A stretch of 64,000 nt of DNA from Mobula hypostoma (lineage: Eukaryota), in NCBI RefSeq assembly GCF_963921235.1, contig NC_086101.1:10542001-10606000 (forward strand). The letters run 5' to 3'. The position numbers and the translations under genes were made by a program. Below the pieces are notes generated by a model that saw nothing but the letters and a program-made list of their open reading frames with translations, was not told the DNA's origin and made no database searches. Shown in pieces: positions 25,601 to 36,107 of this stretch. Every line of letters begins with the position of its first letter. Position 1 is the first letter of the stretch.

Positions 25601-26959
25601 GTGAATTCATCGTCGGACAGCGTGATGGAGTCCAGGTGTGGGGCTGGCAACTGTGCTTCACCCAGGGAGAACGTTTGAAAAGTCTTGGCGTGGACTAGTC
25701 GTTTCCCTTGCAGGTCGACCAGCAGGCAGTGGGCTCGCAGAAAATCCGCCCCCACAAGTGGTTGGGCCACGGCGGCCAATGTGAAGTCCCACGTGAACCG
25801 GCTGGAGCTGAACTGTAGCCGCACCGTGCGGGTGCCGTAGGTTCGTATTGTGCTGCCATTTGCGGTCCTCAGGGTGGGTCCCAGTTCTCTGTCGCGGTTG
25901 TCGTAATTCGCTGGAGGTAAAACGCTGATTTCTGCTCTGGTGTCGACCAAAAAGCAGCGTCCCGACTGCTTGTCCCAGACATACAGGAGGTTGCCCTGGC
26001 GTTTCCCGGGAATTTGCAGGGTGGTCCACAGCGGCGGGCCTCTGTGCCCCACCGCTGGTGGTAGAAGCACCATTGTTAGTTGGGCTCTGCTGCCGGGCCT
26101 GGTCTGGTCTATCGTTGGGCACGCGGCTTGGTGATCTGTGTGACGGATGCCCCTCTCTCCTTCTTGGCATTCCACAACACATCTGCTCGGGCTGCCAACT
26201 CCTGGGGATCGCTGAAATCTGTGTCGGACAGCAGCAGGCGTATGTCCTCAGGCAGTTGCTCTAGGAACGCCTGCTCAAACATGAGGCAGGGTTTGTGTCC
26301 TTCAGCCAGGGCCAGCATCTCGTTCATTAATGCCGATGGCGGCCTGTCTCCCAAACCATCCAGGTGCATTAAGCGGCGTGCTCGTTCGCACCGTGAGAGT
26401 CCAAAAGACCTTATGAGCAGGGCTTTGAATGCTGTGTATTTGCCGTTCTCCGGGGCGACTGTATAAACTCCTCAACTTGGAGGAGTTGTCTCAGCTGTCT
26501 CCTGGTCGAGGGAGCTCAGCACGTAGTAGTAGCGAGTGGACTCCGAGGTTATCTGCCGAATGTGGAATTGTGCTTCTGCCTGTTCCAACCACAGACGGAA
26601 TCTCAGCGGCCAAAAGCTTGGCAGTTGTAACGAAACTGCGTGAACATATGCGGCGTTGGTCATCTCTGGCCCAAATATTGTTTGGTCCATCAGGGTCACC
26701 AAATGTAGCAGTACTACACACAGCGCTAGAATAACTACACGGAGATGCGATAAACGATTTATTCAAACTTCGCGGCCTGCTTTAAAGCCCTCCCATTCCC
26801 GCCCTCCCTGGGGAGGGACTGCTGTGGGGAATGCATATTCCCAGACCCTTCCCACGCGCGGGATTTTCTCCCTGCTGGCAAAGATGGCCGGGCGCCCTTT
26901 TTGGGGCCGGCCCTCTGCCTGCGCGCGCTGTTTCGTGAGCCGGTTCATGGGTTGCCACA
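22667..26959 (-). mobile_element. Full-length Ty3/Gypsy element, CsRN1/Kabuki clade, with frameshifted gag-pol
   Basis: LTRs at 26704-26959 and 22667-22953, TSD CCTT (22663-22666 and 26960-26963), PBS TGGTGACCCTGATG (tRNA-Trp-like) and G-rich PPT. Gag has LPSFW and the CHCC motif CFYHQRWGTEARRCGPPC; pol order is PR-RT-RH-INT with GPY/F. Confidence 0.95.
22960..26175 (-). pseudogene. Gypsy pol (protease, RT, RNase H, integrase), disrupted by frameshifts
   Basis: ORFs 24862-26175 (LVDTRA, WASPL, MPFGL, YLDN), 24344-24808 (TVDA, TDHKPL) and 22743-24230 (HVDIVGPL, SDRGAQF, GLVERFH). Confidence 0.9.
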
Positions 26960-27532
26960 CCTTCTTAGTTTAATTTATCGAAACTATTTATTTCAACCTT
27001 CACATAGTGATCCTACCTTTTTTCTTTGGAGGAATAAAGGAATTTATTCCTTCATGGATCTGTTTCAAGATGGCCGATGGATGTCTTTTGAGAAATTAGG
27101 AACCAAATATTCTCTCTCGTAATCACATTTTTCAGTATCTTCAGGTCAGACATTTCTTACAAGAATATTTAAGTAATTTTCCATATATACAAGATTCTGA
27201 CGTGTTAGACATTATTTTAAAAATGAATCCTTTAATGAAAGGTTTTATTGGGAAAATTTATAATTTACTATTACAACAGTACAATTATCCTTTACTTAAG
27301 ATTAAGCAAGATTGAGAAACAGAGCTTAACATGACCTTGATAACAGAGGATTGGTTGCGAATTTTGAAGTTGCTTAACTCTTTTTCGATTTGTGCCAGTC
27401 ATTCTCTAATTCAATATAAAATTGTACATCGTTACTATTTGACAAAGGAGAGACTGTCTAAAGTATTTCCATCTGTTGATAGTCAGTGTGATAGATGTAA
27501 AAGTGAGACAGCTACATTAACACATATGTTTT

Positions 27533-28655
27533 AGAAACATAGAAAATAGGTTCAGGAGTAGGCTATTCGGCCCTTCGAGCCTGCACCGCCATTCAGTATG
27601 ATCATGGCTGATCATCCAACTCAGAACCCTGTACCTACCTTCCCTCCATACCCCCTGATCCTTTTGGCCACAAGGGCTATATCTAACTCCCTCTTAAATA
27701 TAGCCAATGAACTGGCCTCAACTGTTTCCTGTCGCAGAGAATTGAACAGATTTATCACTCTCTGTGTGAAGAAGTTTTTCCTCATCTCAGCCCTAAAAGG
27801 CTTCCCCTTTATCCTCAAACTGTGATCCCTCGTTCTGGGCTTCCCCATCATCGGGGACAATTTTCCTGCATCTGGCCTGTCCAATCCCTTTAGGATTTTA
27901 TACGTTTCAAATCAGATCCCCCCTCAATCTTCTAAATTCTAGAGAGTATAAGCCTAGTTGATCCAGTCTTTCATCATATGAAAGTCCTGCCATCCCAGGA
28001 ATCAATCTGGTGAACTTTCTTTGTACTCCCTCTATGGCAAGAATGTCTTTCCTCAGATTAAGGGACCAAAACTGCACACAATACTCCAGGTGTGGTCTCA
28101 CCAAGGCCTTGTACAACTGCAGTAGTACCTCCCTGCTCCTGTACTCAAATCCTCTCGCTATAAATGCCAGCATACCATTTGTCTTTTTCACCGCCTGCTG
28201 TACCTGCATGCCCACTTTCAATGACTGGTGTACTACGATATCCAGGTCTTGTTGCACCTCCTCCTTTCCTAATCAGCTACCATTCAGATAATAATCTGTT
28301 TTCCTGTTCTTGCCACCAAAGTGGATAACCTCACATTTATCCACATTAAATTGCATCTGCCATGAATTTGCTCACCCACTTAACCTATCCAAGTCACCCT
28401 GCATCCTCTTAGCATCCTCCTCACAGCTAACACAGCCGCCCAGCTTCGTGTCATCCGCAAACTTGGAGATGCTGCATTTAATTCCCTAGTCCAAGTCATT
28501 AATATATATTGTAAACAACTGAGGTCCCAGCACTGAGCCTTGCGGTACCCCACTAGTCACTGCCTGCCATTCTGAAAAGGTCCCGTTTATTCCCACTCCT
28601 TGCTTCCTGTCTGCCAGTCAATTCTCTGTCCATATCAATAACATACCCCCAATAT
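27533..28655 (-). mobile_element. CR1 3' part nested in L1
   Basis: ORFs 27621-27884 and 27907-28257, an (ATAGAAAC) tail, and flanking TGTTTT (27527-27532 and 28656-28661). Confidence 0.93.
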
Positions 28656-29419
28656 TGTTTTGGTCATGTTCAGTGTTGAAACAGTTTTGGAAATCTATGT
28701 TCTCTACAATTTCTAAAGCTTTGAAAATTAAATTAAAACCTAATAAGTTGACAGTTTTTTTTGATATAATCCCTCAATATATTCACGGTATTTCTATATC
28801 AGACCAACATGTAATTGCATTTGTTACATTATTGGTCAGAAGGGCTATTTTATTGAAATGGAAAGATGCTTCTGCTCCCACTGTGATACAATGGTTCTCT
28901 CAGGTGATGCTATGTCTTAGTTTGGAGAAAATCAGAAGTCCAACTTTTGATCCTCGATTTGACTTTGAGTAAAGGTGGGGTTCTTTTGCCCGCTACTGTC
29001 ATTTGATTTCAGTTAATTAAGGTGGTCCCCTTCTGATTCTTGTGTAAATGGATTTAGTTGGCAGATTGAAGTTTTTCCTTTATGGAAGCTTGTCTGGCAT
29101 ATAACTCCAGGGTTGTAATCTCAATGGTTTTTTTCAGCTTTTTGTTAGTAGGGGTTTTTAGGGGTTTTTTTTTGTTTTAGTTTGTAGGGGTTCTTTTTTC
29201 CCCTCATTTTTTTCAAAAAAAAATGTAGTTTTAATATTTTGTTTTTTCTTGTAATTATTGATATATTGTTTAACTTTAATCAGTTATTTGATAATTTAAT
29301 TCTTATTGTACATATTGATATGTTGATTTGATTACTTTAATTTTTTGTTGATTTTCAGTAATAATTAATAAAAAGATTTAAAAATGAAAAAAGTAAAAGA
29401 AAAAAAAAGAAACAACATG

Positions 29420-30075
29420 GAATCATCTTCTTTCAAAAGGCTCAGATTTAACCGCAACAGGGAAGCCCGATGTTCTGAGGGGGTGTAATTTTTTGATAAG
29501 AAGGATCAGCAATGTGCAGATCATGACTGCATTCAGTGGGGTTCAAAGGTTCACCATACTGTTACTGAGTATCACCCCAGTGTTGCTGATTCAAGGGCCT
29601 TGTCCCAGAGCTATGTCCCTTGGCTGTGACTAGATCAAGCAAAGTATCTGAGAGTCAGTGTTTTGTCAAGTTGCTGAAAATCCCCTCTCCAAAGCCACTC
29701 CATGTGTGGAACTGACTGTGGACTCTGCTGAAGTGGAACAAACGTGTGCTGGTCACAACTGTGTCCACTCAAAATGTCTGGAAAAGCTTCTCACCAAGTG
29801 ACTGTGACTAACAGGATGGTGAGTCCTGGGAGACAACTGTTTGCAATTTCTAGATTATCAAGAGTGATGGTGCTGCTTCTCCACTTCAAAACAATGATGT
29901 TGGTTCCATCCTGACCTCAGTCTGGGGCTGTTGGGAATTGCACAGGCTCAGACTGATGGGTTTCCCCTGGTCAAAGTTTCCAGTGAAAATAACCAAGGAT
30001 ATTGATCCAACGTCTTTGATGTGGGTCCCACGCAGACTCCATGGACCAGATTACCTCCCCCATGTCATACGGAAA
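29420..30075 (+). mobile_element. Ancient decayed Gypsy integrase-region remnant
   Basis: Fragmentary motifs DCIQWG, EYHP and KPLHVWN resemble the Mag-type RNase H/integrase region. Confidence 0.45.
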
Positions 30076-30119
30076 AATGAAGTTCGGAAAATTCAAAAAG
30101 ATTTTCACAAACAGTTTTT

Positions 30120-30985
30120 TTTTTATTAAGTGCAATCGTGAACAATAGCCAGATCAGAAATGTGTACAATTAAAAACATTAAAGAATAGTAGAAATACTG
30201 GAGTCATGATGATCATGATGAAGTCTGCTGGAGAGGGACATTTATACACATGCTGTCCTCCATAATTCAAAGAGATTGAAGGATAAGGTTGCAGGGTGAC
30301 AGAACGTGGCGGGGGCACTTGGAGCTAAAAACTAATCCCTACCGGGAGAAAACAGCACCTGTTCTTTCCGCACTGTTCTCCAGCAGTTTAAGGACTAAGT
30401 CCAGCCGGAACATAACTCACAAGTGCTCTTGAAAGTCAGGTATTAACCCTACCTACCAACAACCAAGCATTGCCATCCTGGTCCCCTTCATGATAGCTTA
30501 TGAAGAAGCCTGTGACTTCCCTCCCAGAGATGATAGGTGTTTGTGCACTCGACTCTTGAAGGCTTGGACCCCATCATCGCAGATGTTTCCAACCACAGCA
30601 TCTGGAAGGCTGTTCCAAATTCTGACAGCACAGTGAAGGAAGCTTCTATCCAGTGTGTAGGTTCTCACATCAGGCATAGAAAATGCATGAGCAGGAACAG
30701 ATAAACTTGATCGTGTGGTGCGCTGTCTCTCAGGATGAAGGCAGCATGGTGCGAAGGTCTGCATGGCTGTGGCTGGTGTGCATTTTGTATAGCACAGTAG
30801 CTGCAGCAACCTGTCGTCTGTGGTGTAAGCTACTGATGGCTAGCTTCTCACGAGCTGTGGCTTCATCTACACCTATCATCCTGAGAGCCTTTCTTTGAAT
30901 GGAATCAAGCTGGCTGGGGACACTCTGTGAGGAATTCATTCATGATAAGCAGGCATACTCCATGATACTCCGCACCTGGGTTTGT
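30120..30985 (-). mobile_element. CR1/L2-group LINE 3' end, a family distinct from the main CR1s
   Basis: ORFs 30730-30939 and 30498-30809: LDSIQRKALR..SLHHRR..LYKM..RSFLHCAVRIWNSLP. Confidence 0.75.
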
Positions 30986-31254
30986 TTTTATGGATCTTCT
31001 CCTCCCACAGTTTAATTTTGGAATTCCCACATTATGCTGCCCATCTGTAACAAACAATCCCCTGTCTAATTTTAAATCTTCTGCAAAGACCCATCGCCAT
31101 CTTCTCTGTCAAACAAACAAATAACGAGTGCAGAAGCAGGAGGTGCAATGAAATTTCTCCAATAAACTTTATCCCAAAGTTCAGTGCAACCGTATGTCGT
31201 CTCCTTCTAACCCTCAGCCCTGAAGCCATGACAGGCTGATAGCTGTCGCTATGA

Positions 31255-31672
31255 ATAAATCAACCCCAATTGGATTCAGGAACAGCTTCATCCCAGTCAC
31301 CACCAACACCCCACTCCCCCATCCCATCATCAGATTTTTGAACGATCCATGACCACTGCCTAGTTATTCCTTTTCTTTACACATTTTGTATATTACGTGG
31401 AGTTTTATGTCTTTGCACTGCATTGCAAATCAACAAATTTCCTACCCTATAAGATAGTGATAATAAAACTGATTCTGAAGAGCACCACTCTCCCTCAATG
31501 TCCAAAGAAACAAGAGATCTGATTGTGGATTACAGGAGGAACAGAGACAGGCTCGCCCCGATCAGCATCAATGGGACTGCAGTTGAGAGGGTGAGTGGTT
31601 TCAAGTTCCTCAGTATACACATCACTGAAGATCTCACCTGGACTGTACACACCGGCTGTGTGGCTAAAAAAT
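31255..31672 (+). mobile_element. Rex1/Babar fragments (3' tail, then an RT C-terminal piece)
   Basis: RNSFIP plus tail; ORF 31498 has DLIVDYRR..VERVSGFKFLSIHITEDLTW. Confidence 0.75.
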
Positions 31673-31674
31673 GC

Positions 31675-31922
31675 ACCAAGTCCTGCCGAAGGGTTTTGGC
31701 CCGAAACGTTGACTGTACTCTTTTGCATAGATGCTGACTGGCCTGCTGAGTTCCTCCAGCATTTTGTATGTGGTTCTCATTGTTCCAGCAACTCCAGATT
31801 TTCTCTTGTTTGTGATTTGATTACTACTCTTCCAGGGACGCCTATCCTGAAGATGTTTAAATCTTCCCTTCGAAGGGAGTTCAGTGAAACTCTCTCGCAC
31901 TGCTCCCCCGCTGTGATTCTGT
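31675..31922 (+). mobile_element. Penelope-like element terminus with a minimal hammerhead motif and probable ORF start
   Basis: AGTC-CTGCCGA-AGGGTTTTGGCCC-GAAAC-GTT-GACT at 31679-31714. Related pieces occur at ~12030-12130, ~16000-16060 and 55764-55891. Confidence 0.7.
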
Positions 31923-31929
31923 GATCACT

Positions 31930-34590
31930 TGAGATAATGCATGATGCCGTCTCCAAACAAGAAACAGTCTATCCCGATGCATTTCAAATCATAGTCAGGG
32001 ACTTCATCCAGGCTTGTTTGAAGAAAACCCTGCCCGATTATCATCATCATATAACCTGTAGCACCAGAGGCCCCAGCAGATTAGAGCACAGCTATACTAA
32101 GATGAGGACTGCCAGCCACTCCATGCCCAGACCAAATTTTGGTAACTCTGATCACTTGGATGTCCTTCTCCTACCTACATACAGGGAGAGAGTAAAGAGC
32201 AAAACTCCAGAGATTGGGACAAGCAAGAGATGGTCATTGGAGGTACAGGAGCAGATATATGATTGCTTCGAATCGGTGGACTGGGCAGTGTTTAAGGACA
32301 CATCTATGGATCTGAATGAATACACTATGGTTGCCATGGACTTTAAAACTGTTGTAGACGAGTGTCTCCCCACAAAATGATTCAAGTCTTCCCCAAAATG
32401 AAGCCGTGGATGAACCATAAGATCCACAATCTGCTAAGGCCAGATCAGAGGCATTCAAGTCTGGTGACCAAAAAAGCTGCAAGAGGTCCATGTACAGTAC
32501 AATGTCTGGAAAGTCAACTCACCAGCAAAGTTGCAATTCCAGACAAAACTTGAATCAGTGAAGGATGCTCGACAGTTGTGGCAGGGCTTGAATACCTCTT
32601 ATAAAGTTAAATTAAGTGACATAGGTGACAACAGGGATTCACTTCCAAATGAGCTCAATGCCTTCTATGCTTGCTTTGACCATCAAAACATGGAGGAACC
32701 ACTACAGACTCCCACAGTCCCCGATGATCCTGTGATTCCAGTCTCTGCGGCCAACGTGCAAACAGCCTTCAGGAGGGTGAACCCATGTAAAGCATTTCGC
32801 CCAGATGGTGACCTGGCCAAGTGCTAAAGATCTGTGCTGATAAACTGGATGGAGTAATCATTGAGATCTTTACCCTCTCATTTTGGCAGTCTGCTTCAAG
32901 CAGGCTTCAATTATACCAGTGTCTAAGAAGAATGTGGTAATTTGCCACAATGACTGTCATGCAGTTGCACTGACATCCACAGTGAAGAGGTGTTTTGAGA
33001 GGCTGGCGATGAAGCACGTCAACTCCTGCCTGAGAAGTGAATTGTATCCACTCCAGTTTGCCTAGCAGACCAACAGGTCCACAGTAGATTCTATCTCATT
33101 GGCTTTCCACTTAACCCTGGAACATCTGGACAGCAAAGAAGCATACACCTGGATGTTCTTTATTGACTACAGCTCAGCATTTAATATCATCATCCTCTCA
33201 AAACTAATCAATCTTTAAAACCTTGGACTGAATCATCCTTGTGCAATTGGATCCTCAATTACAGACCTGTCAGTACGATTGGCAACAACATCTCCTTTGT
33301 GATCCCCATCAGCGCAGGTGCACCACAATGCTGTGTGCTCAGCTCTCTACTCTGCTCACTGTAAAATATGTGGCTAAGCACAGCTCCAATGTCACATTCA
33401 AGTTTGCTGATGACATCACTGCCATAGGTTAAATCAGAAGTGATGAAGTATCAGCCTATAAGAGGGACATTAACAACCTGACTGAGTGGCACCGGAACAA
33501 CAACCTCTCACACAATGTCAGCAAGACCAAAGGGATCCTTGACTTCAGGAGGAGTAAATCAGAGGTCCATGAGCCAGTCCTCATCAGACGCTCAGAGATG
33601 GAGAGGGTCAGCAACTTTAAATTCCTCAGTGTTATTATTTTGAAGGACCTGTTCTGGACACAACATGTACGTGCAATTATTAAGAAAGCACGGCAGCGCC
33701 TCTACTTCCTCAGGAGTTTGCAAAGATTCGTATGACATCTAAAACTTTGACAAACTTCCATTAGTGTTGACTGACTGCATCAGAGCCTGGTATGGAAACA
33801 CAAATACCATTAAATAGAAAATCCTTCAAAAAGTAGTAGATACAGCCCAGTAAGTCCTTCCCACTATGGTGGCCATTTACATGAAGCATTGTCGCAGGAA
33901 AGCAACATCCATCATCAGGGACCCCCACCACCCAGATCCTGCACTCTTCTAGCTGTTTCCATCAGGAAGAAGATACCGAAGCCTCAGGACTCACACCACC
34001 AGGCTGAGGATCAATTATCAACCATCAGGCTCTTGAACCAAAATTGATAACTTTTGCCCCATCTTTGAAATGCTCCCACAGCACCTTCAAGGACTCTTTA
34101 TCTCAAGTTCTCAGTATTGGTTGCTTATTTATTTATTATTATTACTTATTTCTTTTCGTACTTGCACAGTTTGTTGTCTTTTGCACATTGAACGCTCAAG
34201 TTGGTGCGGTCTTTCATTGATTCTTTACGGTTATAATTTTTTTTTAAATTTTATTGAGATGCAGCGTGCAATAGGACTTCTGGCCTGTTGAGTCACGCTA
34301 CCCAGTAATCCCCCAATTTAATCCTAGCCAAATCATAGTACATTTTACAATGATCAATTAATCTATTAACTAGTTAATATTTGGACGGTAGGTGGAAACC
34401 GAAGCACCCGGAGGAAACCCACACAGTCATGGGGAGAACGTACATACTCCTTGAATGTGGGTCGCCTGTACTGTAAAGCGTTATGCTAACCACTATGCCA
34501 ATGTGCCTGTGATGGATTTACCGTCTATGCCCCCGGCAAAAAAATGAATCTCAGCTTTGCATATGATGACATATGTATACACATTTACTT
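31930..34590 (+). mobile_element. Rex1/Babar LINE, decayed (APE C-terminus + RT + 3' tail)
   Basis: GNSDH, DCFESVDW, LPNELNAFYA, VALTS..RCFERL, KFADD, LFPSGRRYRSL. Confidence 0.9.
34245..34505 (-). mobile_element. V-SINE nested in the Rex1 tail
   Basis: Reverse strand reads GGCATAGTGGTTAGC (box A-like)...GTTCTCCCCATGACTGTGTGGGTTTCCTCCGGGTGCTTCGGTTTCC (V-domain). Confidence 0.85.
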
Positions 34591-34866
34591 GTTGCGACAC
34601 CACTCCACCGGATTCCCCGTGTCACTCCTGAACACCGACTCATCACCTGCTGTGATTCGTCCAGTGGTGTAATTGGCAAACTTGTGTGAGGAGCCATTTC
34701 AAAGAAACTTCCGTTTTCCGGACTCACTAACAAGGCCAGGGGTTGGTGGAGGGCTGGAAGGCTGGCTGTGTTTTGCTTGATGCGTGGATGTGGTTTGGAA
34801 CCTGTTGAGGGAAAGAGAGTGGGGAAGGAACGGAAATTGCTGGGAGGGGGTCATGTGAGTCCGGTA

Positions 34867-36099
34867 ATGGTGGCCAAGATGAGAGGGGGGGTTGAGAGAA
34901 AGAAAGTGGAGAAGGAGCGGGATAGGGATTCGGGGTCAGAGGTAGGCAGCTGGGGAGAGATGGATTATTGTGAAGGGAGAAATAAAGGGAATGAGGAGGT
35001 AGTGAGGGGTCGGAAGAATAAAAACCAAGACAAAGGGAATAAAAGAATAAGAAATGATAGTGGAGAAAGCTCTGAAAGTGAGGAAGATGAACAAGCTGAG
35101 AGAGGAGGTGTTGTCATAATTAGGTTTAATGAGAAGGCCCAGGGACATATGAAGAAAATTAACCCACTTGTGCTAACAACAACTCTGGCAAATAAGACAG
35201 GGGAAATAGTATTTGCAAAAGTCCTTAATGATGGCAACTTATTGGTAAGATGTGAGAATGAGGAACAACTTGAGAAAGCACTCGAGCTAAAAGAGATAGG
35301 AAAATGCAAGGTGGAATACACTGGGAGGGTGGGAGCACAAAATAGTGGTTGTAAAGGAGTGATCACGGGGATACCAATGAGTATAAATATGGAGGAGTTA
35401 AAGAGGAATATCAAAGGAGGGAAAGTAATGAATGTTCAAAGACTGAAAACAACAAAGGAGGGAGTGAAAAAGGAAAGTGAATCAGTATTGATTGAATTTG
35501 AAGAAGAAAGAGTGCCAGGGAAGGTGTTCCTGGGTTTCATGAGTCACCCAGTAAGGGTGTATGTACCAAAGCCATTGAGGTGCTATAATTGTCAAAGGTT
35601 TGGACACATAGCTAAAAACTGTAAAAGGTAGAGGAGATGTGCTAGATGTGGGGGTGATCATGAATATGGAAAGTGCGGAACAGGAGTTCAACCAAAATGC
35701 TGCAATTGTGGAGGAGCTCATAATGTTGCATATAGTGGGTGTGAGGTTGTGAGACGGGAGACTAAAATTCAAGAAATAAGAGTGAAAAGAAAGATCACTT
35801 ATGCAGAAGCTGTAAGAATGTCAAGAGAACAGAATAATGCTCCTAATGAACAGGGAGCAATAGGGATACAAGAGATGCAACAAAGAACAAATGACAGGAT
35901 TTATGTAGACAAAAAGGCTCTAGTAACATTCATTGCAGGAGTGATTAATAGTACTGCTGAGGTAAAGTCAAAAAGTGACAAAATTCAACTGGTGGTAAAA
36001 GCAGCAGTAAACCATTCAGGGTCAGTAGGACTGACATGGGAGGAAGTGAGGGAGAACCTCACTAATCAGTCAAGCCAGGAAGTGTCATGTGTTGGTTAA
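34867..36099 (+). pseudogene. Nimb ORF1 (gag-like nucleic-acid-binding protein) with one premature TAG at 35629-35631
   Basis: CYNCQRFGHIAKNC, CARCGGDHEYGKC and CCNCGGAHNVAYSGC in one frame. Confidence 0.85.
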
Positions 36100-36107
36100 T
36101 ACTAATT

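Larger units (their letters stand above)
22185..29412 (+). mobile_element. L1/Tx1-type LINE 3' half (pieces 22185-22666, 26964-27532, 28656-29412) with two nested insertions
   Basis: FVWNNKRPRI..KKDGGLAL, C-terminal CCHC motif CDRC..THMF|WSC, T-rich 3' UTR, AATAAA and a poly(A) tail at about 29370-29412. Confidence 0.9.

Noticed and set aside
34440..34505. tRNA gene
   Set aside because: It is the tRNA-derived head of a V-SINE with no complete cloverleaf; the PBS sites elsewhere are only complements of tRNA 3' ends
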